Positions 1-13,754 of a stretch of 64,000 nt of DNA are shown here, one piece after another. Made by a program: the position numbers and the translations under genes. The DNA is taken from NCBI GenBank assembly GCA_903827265.1, contig CAIKHN010000004.1, forward strand, positions 104,067-168,066, written 5' to 3'. The stretch is from Candidatus Uhrbacteria bacterium (GTDB lineage: Bacteria > Patescibacteriota > Patescibacteriia > UBA9934). The stretch's first letter is position 1; every line of letters begins with the position of its first letter. The notes under the pieces are model-generated. The model had not been told where the DNA came from, did no database searches, and worked only from the letters and a program-made list of their open reading frames with translations.

Positions 1-869
1 TTCAACCGACGCATGATGCGCTCATATTTTGCGCTCGATGTTGTTGCAGCAAGCTCTTCCGTCAACTTCACCACCGTTTCACTGATGTTGATGCGTTCAA
101 GCAACTTCATCAAAGCCTCTGCACCAATGCCAGCATCAAAGATGTGGCCGTAGCGCATAGACCAATCGTGATAGGTCGCTTCAGAAATAACGCGAAGTGG
201 CGTGAGCTCCTTCAAGTCTTTGTCGACTTGCAAGAAGTCTTCCTCAAGCTCTGCCAAGCGATCTTCAGCTGCCTTTTCGATGCGTTCAATTTCTGCCTTC
301 ACCATTTTCTTGTCTGCGCCTTCCTTTTCCTCGGCACGCTGAATATCACGTTTCGTCTCTCCTTCAATCATCTTCTTCTTTGCGCGGTATTCCTCCTTCA
401 CCTGCTCGATCGTCATCTGACGAGCATCTTCGTTCACGTCGGTAATGATGAAGCTCGCGAAGTACACCACCTTTTCCAAGGTCTGCACGCCCATGTCGAG
501 CATGGTTCCAATTTTCGACGGCACGCCGCGCAAGAACCAGATATGCGTGACCGGCGATGCAAGTTCAATGTGACCCATGCGCTCGCGTCGAACGCTTGCC
601 TGAGTTACTTCGACGTTACATTTGTCACAGACGATTCCCTTATAGCGAATCTTTTTATACTTTCCACAGTAACACTCCCAATCTTTCGATGGTCCGAAAA
701 TTTCTTCCGCAAACAAGCCCTGCTTTTCTGGCTTTTGCGTGCGGTAGTTAATGGTTTCTGGTTTGCTCACTTCACCGTAGCTCCAGCCGCGGATCACTTC
801 TGGTGAAGCGACCTTCAAACGAATGGAATCGAAGTCGGTGGACTTTAATGTGTCGAATTTCATTGCCAT
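1..869 (-). CDS. rpoC: RNA polymerase beta' subunit (5' part; runs off the window edge)
   Basis: Manual translation from ATG 869: [72 protein letters not shown]...[11 protein letters not shown]; lies directly downstream of rpoB. Confidence 0.98.
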   Translation of the reverse strand, partial: MAMKFDTLKSTDFDSIRLKVASPEVIRGWSYGEVSKPETINYRTQKPEKQGLFAEEIFGPSKDWECYCGKYKKIRYKGIVCDKCNVEVTQASVRRERMGHIELASPVTHIWFLRGVPSKIGTMLDMGVQTLEKVVYFASFIITDVNEDARQMTIEQVKEEYRAKKKMIEGETKRDIQRAEEKEGADKKMVKAEIERIEKAAEDRLAELEEDFLQVDKDLKELTPLRVISEATYHDWSMRYGHIFDAGIGAEALMKLLERINISETVVKLTEELAATTSSAKYERIMRRL

Positions 870-881
870 ATAGAATTCGCT

Positions 882-4100
<3,219 letters not shown>

Positions 4101-4226
4101 AACGAAAAAATCGCCGCAAATGCGACGGTATTTAGGATTTCTTCTGATTCGTGACGGTGCGGCCCGGGGTTGGCATGCACTGACGATGAAGAATTTGGTG
4201 AGCGTTGTTAGCGGTCAGGGGTCAAT

Positions 4227-4261
4227 TCCGCCTTCGCTCAACATCGTTGAGCTTCGGAGGA
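4227..4261. repeat. Short REP-like palindrome in the rpoB upstream region
   Basis: TCCGCCTTCGCTCAAC-ATC-GTTGAGCTTCGGAGGA; similar to the CCTTCGCT...AGCTTCGG palindromes I recall as dispersed in CPR genomes. Confidence 0.5.
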
Positions 4262-4443
4262 TGCCCGGAGACGACACAACAGCGGTTCCCAAGTGGCGCG
4301 AGGATATCACGAGTCGGAAACGTCGTCAACCGAAAACCCGTGGACAACTTCCCTGTTCCACCGCGAACGTTGGCGGAGAAATGAAAAAGATCCATTGACG
4401 CCATAAAAACACCATGGCTCAATGCATCCGTTCAGGGGACACC

Positions 4444-4713
4444 ATGCACAGACATCTTTTCACCGTTCGTTTCGCAAATGAAATGGGAGCACAGGACGCT
4501 CGGAAGCAGATCAGGCACCTTCAGCTCTCAGAGGGCCGAATCGAGTCGGTCACACTGAGGGACCGCGGGAATGACGGTGCCGAGATCCAATTCCATTTGG
4601 TCCGAGAAAAATCGCGCAGCAGAGCAGTAGGGATCAACGTCAGCGACCTCCTCAAGATCATGACGTTCGTCGACCAATGCGGCGGATCCATTGACGGAAT
4701 AGTTCGAAAGTAA
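4444..4713 (+). CDS. Hypothetical protein (ACT-like size), SD-led accessory gene
   Basis: ATG preceded by AGGGG at SD spacing; followed by GC hairpin GCCGCC...GGCGGC plus T-tract at ~4735-4778. Confidence 0.6.
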   Translation: MHRHLFTVRFANEMGAQDARKQIRHLQLSEGRIESVTLRDRGNDGAEIQFHLVREKSRSRAVGINVSDLLKIMTFVDQCGGSIDGIVRK

Positions 4714-4901
4714 CGCCAACACGCACTCCACGCCGCCGCCGGCACGAAGCCCTAGCTTCGACTGGCGGCTTTCGTTTTAGCGCGAACATTAGCGGAGAAT
4801 TCGAAAACTCGATATTTCACTCAATAGAACCGTTGCCCAACGAAAAGTAGACAATTCCGCTGAATTGTGCTATTTTTCCGGCGCGATCCCGCACCTTCCC
4901 C

Positions 4902-5224
4902 ATGGAGTTCACGTGTTCCGATCTCTGCCCCGATTCCAAGAAGAAGATGAAGCCCTGCCTCAGGGCGGCTCCACCGGCCTCGACCACGCCGGAACCGGCG
5001 CCTGCCAGTTCCACCCGAGCACGATCGACATCGACGGCAAGTCCTGTCCGCAGTGCCACCCGGAATTCGCCACGACGGCCGCCGCCCTTACGAGCCTGCC
5101 CCCGGCGCGAACGGCCGCGACGAAAGTTCCCGTCGAGTCCCTCTCGACCGCGACGCTCCTCGAGAGCCTCATCATGGGGCAGCGACCACATGGCGGGCAT
5201 CAAGATGCCGCCGGATACATCTGA
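4902..5224 (+). pseudogene. Small Cys-rich protein with an apparent frameshift near 4958
   Basis: GC3-rich codons run in one frame (MEFTCSDLCPDSKKKMKPC), then continue in another (PQGGSTGLDHAGTGACQFH...SCPQCHPEF) to TGA 5224. Confidence 0.5.
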
Positions 5225-5233
5225 GAGATCAGC

Positions 5234-5446
5234 ATGATCTGCATCACCTGCAACAGCCCGATCGAAGCGAACGGCAGCTGCAAGACCTGCACACCAGAGC
5301 CGCCGAAGCCGACGCCCGCGCGGCGAGGCGACGAATTCGATGATGACGACGCCCCTCCTCGAGGCAGTAGAGGCCTCTGGGGGAACCGTCCGCTCCCGTC
5401 GAATCTCCAGGGCTTCGCCGCCACCATCGACGTCGCGTACCTCTGA
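5234..5446 (+). CDS. Small zinc-ribbon protein (CxxC-x9-CxxC) with Pro/acidic tail
   Basis: MICITCNSPIEANGSCKTC; GC3-rich codons; downstream hairpin ACCCC(C)GCTGGTC/GATCGGCGGGGT at ~5472-5500. Confidence 0.65.
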   Translation: MICITCNSPIEANGSCKTCTPEPPKPTPARRGDEFDDDDAPPRGSRGLWGNRPLPSNLQGFAATIDVAYL

Positions 5447-5513
5447 ACGACACCCCGCACGATGTGCTGAGACCCCCGCTGGTCTCGCGATCGGCGGGGT
5501 GTTTCAATTCCAC

Positions 5514-5705
5514 AAAAACACTCCGAATGTTCGGAGTGTTTTGTTCAATCAAGATGCAGGAAGAGAACGAGCGAAAATAGATCTGCACCCGCACAAACGA
5601 AGGAGAGTCATCTTGCGCCGTTTGCACAAGGCCGATCGTGGAAGTGCAGAATGATGCCTGTCTCGTCCCGCAACTCAAGAACGCAATGTCCTGTGATTCC
5701 GTTCA
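5514..5705 (-). ncRNA. Candidate 6S-like rod-shaped RNA (~190 nt)
   Basis: Own promoter TTGCAG(5739-5734)-17 bp-TATAGT(5716-5711); long pairing with a central bubble; terminator at 5515-5542. Confidence 0.55.
5515..5542. terminator. Bidirectional intrinsic terminator
   Basis: AAAACACTCCGAA-TG-TTCGGAGTGTTTT perfect inverted repeat. Confidence 0.8.
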
Positions 5706-5722
5706 CATGCACTATAGGCGCT

Positions 5723-6781
5723 TTATACTTCTTCTGCAACCGCATCTTTATCTTCAGGATTTGATGTTGGACGTGACGCAAATCCTTCGCTCTTTAATGC
5801 CGCAGTAGTCGTCGACTTTCGCATTTCTGCTAAAGTTTTTGGATGTTCGCGCAAATACTGCTTCGCGACTTCGCGACCGACGCCAAGCTTTTCCTCGCCG
5901 AAAATATAACTATTTCCGCGCTTCTCAAGCGAGCCGACTTCAACGCCCAAGTCCAACATATCGCCAGCGATCGAAATACCTTCGTTGTACATAATATCGA
6001 ACTCGCATGCTCGGAATGGTGGCGCAACTTTGTTCTTTACGATTTTTACTTTTACGCGGTTTCCAACAATCTTCTCGCCTTGTTTAATTTGCGCAGCACG
6101 ACGAATTTCCATACGCACCGATGCGTAAAACTTTAACGCGTTTCCGCCAGGCGTTGTTTCAGGGTTGCCAAACATCACACCAATCTTCATACGAATCTGG
6201 TTGATGAAAATGACCACTGTTCCAGACTTCGCAACGATCGCTGTCAGTTTTCGAAGCGCCTGGCTCATTAATCGAGCTTGCAAGCCCATGTGTGAGTCGC
6301 CCATGTCACCTTCGATTTCTGCTTTTGGCACCAACGCAGCGACAGAGTCGACCACGACAACGTCGATCGCATTCGATCGCACAAGTGTTTCGACAATTTC
6401 GAGTGCTTGCTCACCAGTATCTGGCTGCGAAATAAAAAGCTCGTCGATATTCACTCCAAGTTTCTTTGCATATTCTGGATCCATGGCGTGCTCGGCGTCG
6501 ACGAAGGCCGCAATGCCTCCCTGTTTTTGACACTCTGCAATGATGTGCTGTGCGAGTGTTGTTTTTCCCGACGACTCTGGTCCGTAAATTTCAATAATTC
6601 TTCCACGAGGAACGCCGAGCGCCCCAAGCGCAAGATCGAGGGAAAGACACCCAGTCGGGATTGCATCGATGTTCGTCGCTTTCTGATCGCCGAGTCGCAT
6701 GATTGACCCTTCACCGAACCGTTGTTTGATCTGACCGATTGCTGCATTCGCAGCCGTAAGCCTCGCATTCTCCTTTGCCAT
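5723..6781 (-). CDS. recA: Recombinase RecA
   Basis: [36 protein letters not shown]. Confidence 0.99.
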   Translation of the reverse strand: MAKENARLTAANAAIGQIKQRFGEGSIMRLGDQKATNIDAIPTGCLSLDLALGALGVPRGRIIEIYGPESSGKTTLAQHIIAECQKQGGIAAFVDAEHAMDPEYAKKLGVNIDELFISQPDTGEQALEIVETLVRSNAIDVVVVDSVAALVPKAEIEGDMGDSHMGLQARLMSQALRKLTAIVAKSGTVVIFINQIRMKIGVMFGNPETTPGGNALKFYASVRMEIRRAAQIKQGEKIVGNRVKVKIVKNKVAPPFRACEFDIMYNEGISIAGDMLDLGVEVGSLEKRGNSYIFGEEKLGVGREVAKQYLREHPKTLAEMRKSTTTAALKSEGFASRPTSNPEDKDAVAEEV

Positions 6782-6844
6782 ACAAAAATAGTGGATGATT
6801 CAGTCTTGGTTCGTATGATACGAACACATACCGAACACTTTACA

Positions 6845-7567
6845 CTACTTCGCAATGTAGCTCACCTCAGATATCCCCTTTTCTTCCCCACGATCATTTT
6901 CATCAAACACAACACGCCGAATTTCCGTTGCTTTTTGCGAGTATCGACGAGTCCCCTCAACAGTAATGACATTCAGCCCCAACGATAAGTCGATTGTTGT
7001 TGTAAATGTTTTATCATTATTCACCACAACCTGATGTCCATTCACCACAAGCGTCACGTCGTCGTTCTCAACATGTCCGCGAACAGCAACAAGCGCACTG
7101 TCGGCCGCTAATCCATCGGTCGGGCTTTCAATAACTATCGTTGGCGGACGTAACACGCCAGTGACCTGCCACACGAAATATCCAACAAACAAAACGCCAA
7201 CGGCAGCAAACATCGAAAACTTCAAAAATGCGGACGGTGAAAGCAACCACGAACGCGAAACGCGCTGTCGTGGCAAACGGTGCGGCGTCAATAAATCCGT
7301 CCGTCCACTTTCCTGCTCATATAACTCCAAGAAATACGTTTCGTCCGCACCAAGAACGCGTGCATATGCTTTAATAAAGTTTCGCGTATACAACGGCTCT
7401 GGTAACTCGTCGTATCGTCCACGTTCAAGCGCCTCAAGATACCGCTTTTGGATATGCGTTGTTTCCTCAAGCATCACAAGGCTGACCGCTTGCCCACGCC
7501 GAAGCGCACGGAGCTTCTCTCCGAGGGTCTGTGGCACGCGATCGAGTTTACGCATCACGAACACCAT
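6845..7567 (-). CDS. RodZ-like HTH protein with TM helix and C-terminal Ig-like domain
   Basis: N-terminal LGEKLRALR...YLEALERG...RNFIKAYARVLG; one TM; ftsK-rodZ-recA synteny. Confidence 0.8.
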   Translation of the reverse strand: MVFVMRKLDRVPQTLGEKLRALRRGQAVSLVMLEETTHIQKRYLEALERGRYDELPEPLYTRNFIKAYARVLGADETYFLELYEQESGRTDLLTPHRLPRQRVSRSWLLSPSAFLKFSMFAAVGVLFVGYFVWQVTGVLRPPTIVIESPTDGLAADSALVAVRGHVENDDVTLVVNGHQVVVNNDKTFTTTIDLSLGLNVITVEGTRRYSQKATEIRRVVFDENDRGEEKGISEVSYIAK

Positions 7568-7569
7568 AG

Positions 7570-9843
7570 TTAAAGTTCGACGTCTTTCTCTTCTTCCTTT
7601 TCTTCATCGTCGTCAGTGCCGATATGTGCGTTAATCGCCGGTTCGTGATGCTCTTCCTCTTCTACAGAATCTTCTTCGTCGACGTCGTCGTCTGGAATGT
7701 CGTCGTCAACCATCTCTGATCCTGCTGGCGGCCATTCGCTCACAAGAACTTCACGAGGCTTTGCGCCATCCGGTGGACCAACGACACCAAGTTTTTCCAT
7801 AAGATCAACAATACGTGCGGCTCGCGAATACCCCACTTTCATTCGACGCTGCAAGAACGACGTCGAAACCTTTCCGGCATCAATAGCAATTTCAATTGCG
7901 TCATCAAGAAGCGTGTCTTGGTCCGCAGGATCCATCGATACTCCTCCCGCACTCGAACCGCCCTCAGTGATTTGATAGTTGTAATCAGGCTCACTCTCTT
8001 CCTTCAAGAAGGCGACGACGCGCTCAATTTCGGATTCTGCCACATACGCTCCTTGTGCACGCTTTGGTTTTGATAATTCAGGCGTACTCATGAGCATGTC
8101 TCCACGGCCAAGCAATTTTTCCGCACCACCAATGTCGAGAATCGTCTTCGAGTCGACTTGTGATGCAACCGCAAACGCTAAGCGGGTTGGAATATTCGCT
8201 TTAATGGTTCCGGTAATAACATCGACTGATGGGCGCTGCGTTGCAAGAATTAAGTGAATACCTGCCGCACGCGCCATTTGCGCAATGCGAACAATAACCG
8301 CCTCAACATCGCGCTTGTTCTGACTCATCAAGTCTGCGAGTTCGTCGATAACGATAATAATACGCGGCATGCGCTCCTTGCTCTTTGCGTTGTACGAATC
8401 AATATCTTTCGCACCAAATTTCGAAAGATAGTCCAAGCGACGTTCCATCTCGCGAACTGCCCATTTTAAGGCATTGATTGCTTCATCCGCCTTCACAATT
8501 GGCGGAATGAGAAGGTGAGGAATGCCCGCGTACACCGAAAGCTCAACACGCTTTGGATCGACCATGATGAATTTCAAATCGTCCGGACCGTTCTGATACA
8601 ACAGTGAAATAATAATGTCATTCAAACACACAGATTTTCCAGAACCCGTCGCACCGGCAACCAACATATGCGGCGCGCGCTCCACCATCATCATTTGCGT
8701 TGAGCCAGTAATATCCTTTCCAAGTGGAACGCTAAAGCTCGACTTCCGATGCTTGAATTCCTTCGATTCAAGCAATTCTCGAAGACACACTCGACCAATC
8801 GTCTGGTTTGGCACCTCAATTCCCACGAGCGACTTCCCAGGAATTGGCGCCTCGATACGGATTGGATGCGCGGCAAGCGCAAGTGCGAGATCGTTCTGCA
8901 ACGCAACAATACGCGCGAGCTTAATTCCAGCCGGCGGTTTCAAAGCGTATTGCGTCACCGTCGGTCCAACACGAACTTCCTCAACCTCAACGTCGATACC
9001 GAATTGATGCAATGTCTTTACAATAAGCTCGGTTCCCCGCTCGAGGTCGCCACTTTTCGCTTCCGAGCTCTTCAGCTCAAGAAGTTCGAGCGGAATCTCA
9101 ATCGTTCGCCGCGCCTTGCTCGTCATGACGTGTTCTTGATTGCCGACAAAAATCTTCGGCGACTTTTTCTGTGGTTCTTCGTCGTCGTCTTCCTCAATAT
9201 CCTCAACATCAGGCTCGTCTTCGCCCCCTGCCTCAGCAGCTTCTTCTTCCTCGAGCTTCTTTCGTTCGTCAAACGGCAAATCGTCATCGTCGTCATCCGC
9301 CGCATGACGATGCCTACTGTTCAATACTGTCATTGGCACATCGAGCAACGTTCGGACCGAAACACGGAACAGCAACACACACGACACCAGAAGCAGCGCA
9401 AGCGCCACAATAAACGCGGCAAATGATCCCATTGCACCAACAAGCAGCTGCGAAACAAGAAGCCCCACAACTCCCCCGGCATTTTTCAGTGCATCACCTC
9501 CGGTCACGCCATGCGCAAAAACCATGTTCAGCATGCCGTTTAACGAAATGACCAACAATGAAAATGACGCCGCGCCGCGTAATGTCATTAACTGCTTGTC
9601 GCGAAAAACGACGTCAGCTGCAATCATGAAAAAAAGCACCGGAACAACAATGCGTGCAATGCCAAGCAACGAAGCAAGGTTGCCGTCGATCCATGAACCA
9701 ACGTTTCCCGCAAAACCGAAAAAGCTTAAAACAAGCACCGCGCCGAGCGCCGCAAGCACAATTGCCATCACACTTTGCCGAATATCGTCGCCCATGATGG
9801 GTTCATCAATTTCCACCGCAGGTTTTTTTGTTTTTTTTGCCAT
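7570..9843 (-). CDS. ftsK: DNA translocase FtsK/SpoIIIE
   Basis: N-terminal TMs, PHMLVAGATGSGKS, LATQRPSVDVITG, gamma domain; start placed at MAKKTKK (9843). Confidence 0.97.
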   Translation of the reverse strand: MAKKTKKPAVEIDEPIMGDDIRQSVMAIVLAALGAVLVLSFFGFAGNVGSWIDGNLASLLGIARIVVPVLFFMIAADVVFRDKQLMTLRGAASFSLLVISLNGMLNMVFAHGVTGGDALKNAGGVVGLLVSQLLVGAMGSFAAFIVALALLLVSCVLLFRVSVRTLLDVPMTVLNSRHRHAADDDDDDLPFDERKKLEEEEAAEAGGEDEPDVEDIEEDDDEEPQKKSPKIFVGNQEHVMTSKARRTIEIPLELLELKSSEAKSGDLERGTELIVKTLHQFGIDVEVEEVRVGPTVTQYALKPPAGIKLARIVALQNDLALALAAHPIRIEAPIPGKSLVGIEVPNQTIGRVCLRELLESKEFKHRKSSFSVPLGKDITGSTQMMMVERAPHMLVAGATGSGKSVCLNDIIISLLYQNGPDDLKFIMVDPKRVELSVYAGIPHLLIPPIVKADEAINALKWAVREMERRLDYLSKFGAKDIDSYNAKSKERMPRIIIVIDELADLMSQNKRDVEAVIVRIAQMARAAGIHLILATQRPSVDVITGTIKANIPTRLAFAVASQVDSKTILDIGGAEKLLGRGDMLMSTPELSKPKRAQGAYVAESEIERVVAFLKEESEPDYNYQITEGGSSAGGVSMDPADQDTLLDDAIEIAIDAGKVSTSFLQRRMKVGYSRAARIVDLMEKLGVVGPPDGAKPREVLVSEWPPAGSEMVDDDIPDDDVDEEDSVEEEEHHEPAINAHIGTDDDEEKEEEKDVEL

Positions 9844-9997
9844 AGCGAAACAGAATGCGGGTGCAGTAGCTCTATTGTACATCGGATTGGCATGAATCCC
9901 GTTGTGGAGAACCGCAACGAGGAGATACAAAATAAAATCGCATATTTTATTGACTTTTTGTAGAAAAACGCGTTTACTATTTGGCGGGAGATTCACC

Positions 9998-10507
9998 ATG
10001 CAGCATCAAACGCCGTCGCCCGATCCGCTCGCTCAGGCGTTAGCCGAAGCTCATCTGTTCGCACACAACCAGGCGGAGCACGGCTTCCCTGACTGGGGGT
10101 CATTCATCTTCTCGTCGCCGGCACCGATCAGCTGCGGAATCTGGAAGCTCCTACGTCCTGGAATTCAGGTGATGATCGTCGAGTCCTATGAATACGCGGG
10201 GGATCCTCCGGTCATCCCGCTCACTCGTCCGATCGGCATTCAGGTCCTCAGCGGACAAATCGAAGTCACTGCGATCCTCCACCGTGAACCGGTAACGTCG
10301 ACTCTCGAAGCCAACGGACCGAGCCTACGCCTCGCGAATCCCGAAATACGGTTCAGGACCAACCCAATCGGTGATACGTGCACGATGCTCGTTGTCCGCC
10401 TTCAGCCGTTCGAGCGACCCACGATCGAAACGTGGAGAGTCGCACGGTTCGGCGAAGGCCAGACGGAGAAACTCAAAGAAAAGGCTCGACAACTCATCAC
10501 GAGCTGA
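9998..10507 (+). CDS. Hypothetical protein (possibly cupin-like), SD-led accessory gene
   Basis: GGGAG-7 nt-ATG; upstream TTGACT(9950)...TACTAT; downstream hairpin AGCGCCCCGC...GCGGGGCGCT. Confidence 0.65.
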   Translation: MQHQTPSPDPLAQALAEAHLFAHNQAEHGFPDWGSFIFSSPAPISCGIWKLLRPGIQVMIVESYEYAGDPPVIPLTRPIGIQVLSGQIEVTAILHREPVTSTLEANGPSLRLANPEIRFRTNPIGDTCTMLVVRLQPFERPTIETWRVARFGEGQTEKLKEKARQLITS

Positions 10508-10594
10508 ACGCACGAATAGCGCCCCGCCTCCCAAGCCCGATACACGATCGAGCGACGGAAGCGGGGCGCTGTCACGTTCTGATACGATGCGCCT

Positions 10595-11230
10595 ATGCAA
10601 AAAACAATTCTCATCCACGGATACGCAGCGGGAGTCCATGCCTCTATTTTTCGAAAACCCTTCGGCGAACATTCGGGATTCATCGCGCTTGATGAGGAGG
10701 TGAAATCTGGAATCACGAAAAGTTTTCGTTGGAGTAAAAACATTTCGCTCTCGATCGCGCAGTGCGCAAATCCTTTGCAATATTTTCAACTCTATCGCGA
10801 CGAGGAACTGCTTACAGAATCACCGATCACGCAATCTACACACAGCGAATTTCTCGATTGTTCCAATGCGACAACAATCATCTGTCATTCACTCGGCTGC
10901 CGGCTCATGATCGGCTCCATGAACGCACACGGAATTCCGGAATCGATCACGAAGATTATTTTTCTCCAAGGCGATGTTTCGACATCGGCATCGATCACAA
11001 ATCTTACAATCCGAGATCGGATCATCAACGGATCCCTCGTCATCGAAAACTATTTCTGCCCGTGGGATCAAAGTCTTCTCGCATCGGCAATGCTGCATCG
11101 TACAAACCGAATCGGATTGATGGGATGGGATGAAACAGGTGTGAAAAATATCTTCTACCCATTACTCAAGCCGATGAATCTGCACACGAGTCCGCTCCGA
11201 GATCGGGAGTTTCTTCGATCGCTCATTTAA
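10595..11230 (+). CDS. Alpha/beta-hydrolase fold protein
   Basis: ILIHGY oxyanion region and CHSLG nucleophile elbow. Confidence 0.7.
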   Translation: MQKTILIHGYAAGVHASIFRKPFGEHSGFIALDEEVKSGITKSFRWSKNISLSIAQCANPLQYFQLYRDEELLTESPITQSTHSEFLDCSNATTIICHSLGCRLMIGSMNAHGIPESITKIIFLQGDVSTSASITNLTIRDRIINGSLVIENYFCPWDQSLLASAMLHRTNRIGLMGWDETGVKNIFYPLLKPMNLHTSPLRDREFLRSLI

Positions 11231-11958
11231 ACAAGGCGCTCCCCCAACAACGTGAAAATCATCTTCATTGTTTGTGCGAGCGGCGCGTTTTTCAAGACGG
11301 TTCCAAAGTACGGTTCCTCGAGCGTAATGAGTGCAACATTGTCGTCCCAGACGAGAATATCCGTTGGAAGATTGCCAAATTTTTCTGGAAGGAACTTTGG
11401 CGCGTATTCGCGCAATGCGATCTGTGCGACATCACGAGTTGTTGATCGCGAAGAAAAAGAAACAATGTCGTGAAGCGTCACATGGCGTTTTTTCAGTTGC
11501 ACAAAGTACCAGGAAAGAAATTCTGGCATGACTTCTTGCAGACGAGACGTGGAGCCAACCGCAAAAATTTCGCTGGCATCAAGTGATGCGCGATAGATTT
11601 CTTGAATTTCTTTTTTCCCATCGTGAAATCGAATCGTCGGCTTATTCGTCGTTGCAGCAAACATCGCGCGAATATCGGGAATCACTCGCTCAATCGCAAC
11701 AGCTTTTTCTTGAATTGACCGGAGAAGCGATTCTGGATCATTTGCGAAATACATTTTTCGCCCTGTTCCGCTCGTTTCCTCGCGGATCAGCTGATGTTCC
11801 GTAAGCGCGTCTAAAACGTGATAACAGTTTGTTCGTAAAATCCCCGTCCCTTTCGCAATTTGCGCCGGAGAAGCGTGATCGTGTTCTAAAAGGTACACAT
11901 ACACGGCAATTTCTGATTTCTTGAGCCCAAAATCCCGAAGACTTTGTTGAATATCCAT
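11227..11958 (-). CDS. TrmB-family transcriptional regulator
   Basis: GLKKSEIAVYVYLL wHTH, RTNCYHVLDAL, C-terminal PLD-like ILVWDDNVALI. Confidence 0.85.
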   Translation of the reverse strand: MDIQQSLRDFGLKKSEIAVYVYLLEHDHASPAQIAKGTGILRTNCYHVLDALTEHQLIREETSGTGRKMYFANDPESLLRSIQEKAVAIERVIPDIRAMFAATTNKPTIRFHDGKKEIQEIYRASLDASEIFAVGSTSRLQEVMPEFLSWYFVQLKKRHVTLHDIVSFSSRSTTRDVAQIALREYAPKFLPEKFGNLPTDILVWDDNVALITLEEPYFGTVLKNAPLAQTMKMIFTLLGERLV

Positions 11959-12039
11959 AGTGTCAAGATATTATATATCATAAATTATATTGTTTATGTT
12001 TATATTTCACTTTTGTATAATATATTGATATGCTGGAGA

Positions 12040-12068
12040 TTGACTTTTTAGTCGAATCGCCATATACT
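12040..12068 (+). promoter_or_regulatory. sigma70-type promoter
   Basis: TTGACT-17 bp-TATACT. Confidence 0.7.
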
Positions 12069-12130
12069 GTTCTGTTGGCTCGTTCGTCAAAAGAACGGCC
12101 ACGCCTCCCAATCCACAGTCGAGGTTCTCA

Positions 12131-12811
12131 GTGAAACACCCCTCAGGCCAAGCAACCAGTGTACTCGTAGGAACGATCGTCGCGAACATTCATGCCGGTC
12201 TTCTCGACGAGAATGCCGTGAAGCTCGCGCTCGAATCGCCGGAAGCTCTCCGCGACGCGATCGTGAACGCAGTCAACGGGTTCGGAAAAGCGCCCGACAT
12301 CCGCCCGACGGTACTGCCCATCGAGCTGCGCAGCCCGAAAACCGAAAGCCTCGAGTGCCTCTTCGAAAAAGCCAACTTCAAGATGGCGCAGCCCCGCCGC
12401 CACCGTTATATCAACCAGGACGATGATGGAAACCCGACGGCGCACTGGATCTCCGAGTTCGAAGGCGGCAACGTGTCTGACAACATGGAGCTCGTGGCAG
12501 TTGGCTTCAACCGCGAAATCTCCGAGAATGACGTTCCCGGAGAGTTCCTGCGCCTCGGCATCACGCCGACGACGTCAGCGTGGTACATCGTGTGCGTAGG
12601 GCTGGAACACGGCGGACTCTGCAAGAATCGCAGCGTCGTCGACCTCGCTCAGAGGAAGAGTATTGGAAACCGATGGCCGAAGTCACACTGCCTAACGCTT
12701 CGTCACAACGCCGCCTCCGGGGGAAAAATCCTCTTCATGCGCTGGACCGGACAGGCGTTCCCACCGCAAACGTTCTTCCTCGGTCTTCGCCCCAAAACGA
12801 AGACGAAGTAG
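12131..12811 (+). CDS. Hypothetical protein, SD-led accessory gene
   Basis: GAGG-6 nt-GTG; GC3-rich; terminator AAATCCCCC...GGGGGATTT at ~12826-12859. Confidence 0.65.
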   Translation: MKHPSGQATSVLVGTIVANIHAGLLDENAVKLALESPEALRDAIVNAVNGFGKAPDIRPTVLPIELRSPKTESLECLFEKANFKMAQPRRHRYINQDDDGNPTAHWISEFEGGNVSDNMELVAVGFNREISENDVPGEFLRLGITPTTSAWYIVCVGLEHGGLCKNRSVVDLAQRKSIGNRWPKSHCLTLRHNAASGGKILFMRWTGQAFPPQTFFLGLRPKTKTK

Positions 12812-12875
12812 CACCAACGAAAACGAAATCCCCCAACGCCGTATGGCGAAGGGGGATTTGTGCTTTGAGAGTGAA

Positions 12876-13109
12876 TTACTTCTTCCACCGCGGTGCAAAG
12901 CGAACTGACCAAGCGAAGAATTTTGCGAGTAAGGGATTCGTGCCCTTTGCGACCATCGCGTCATAGGAACACTTTTGAAACGCCTTCAAGTCGTCTCCCC
13001 CAACAAGCTTTCCGTCTTTAAAACAATAGCTGCAATACTTTTCGTTTTCCCGTACTCCAGGATCCTTCGAGAACGGCATCAAGCAACTTTCACACATGGA
13101 ATTTGCCAT
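12876..13109 (-). CDS. Putative zinc-ribbon protein (Zn_ribbon_2-like)
   Basis: CESCLMP...YCSYCFKDG...PRWK. Confidence 0.75.
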   Translation of the reverse strand: MANSMCESCLMPFSKDPGVRENEKYCSYCFKDGKLVGGDDLKAFQKCSYDAMVAKGTNPLLAKFFAWSVRFAPRWKK

Positions 13110-13179
13110 ACGAATGTCTTAATAGATTATGTCACCATCGTAACAAAAGAATCTCGTTGCCGAGATTCTTTTTGCACTG

Positions 13180-13746
13180 CTATTTCGCAACGCGCTCAAC
13201 GTAGTCACCAGTTTCTGTATTCACAAGAACGTTGTCGCCTTCTTTGACGAAGATTGGGACACGGATCACCATGCCGTTATCGACGGTCGCATCTTTCAGC
13301 ACGTTGCCACTTGCGGTGTCACCTTTTGTTGCAGGCTCGGTCTGCGTAATTGTGTACTGGATTTTCAGCGGAAGCTCGATCGAGATCGCTTTCTCGCCGT
13401 GCATAATAACGTTCACGTCCAAGCCCTCCTTGAGGAATTTCATGTCGTCGCCGACCATTTCGTTGCTCAACATGACTTGCTCGAATGTTTGGCCGTCCAT
13501 GCAGGTAATAGAGTCTGCATCGCTATAGATGAACTGCATCTTACGATTATTCACGGTTTCAAACGTGAGCGTTTCTGCGCTCTTGAAGTTATTCTCCACC
13601 ACTTTTCCAGTTGCAAGAGACTTAATGCGCGTACGAACGAATGAGCTTCCTTTTCCTGGCGACACGCGCTGGAAGCTGTTGACGACCCAGAGGTCGCCGT
13701 TGAGATTAATAACCGTACCTTTCTTAATATCGTTTGGTGATGCCAT
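13180..13746 (-). CDS. efp: Elongation factor P
   Basis: PGKG loop (modifiable Lys), KGDT, VPIFVKEGD...VNTETGDYVER. Confidence 0.97.
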   Translation of the reverse strand: MASPNDIKKGTVINLNGDLWVVNSFQRVSPGKGSSFVRTRIKSLATGKVVENNFKSAETLTFETVNNRKMQFIYSDADSITCMDGQTFEQVMLSNEMVGDDMKFLKEGLDVNVIMHGEKAISIELPLKIQYTITQTEPATKGDTASGNVLKDATVDNGMVIRVPIFVKEGDNVLVNTETGDYVERVAK

Positions 13747-13754
13747 AAAAAAAC

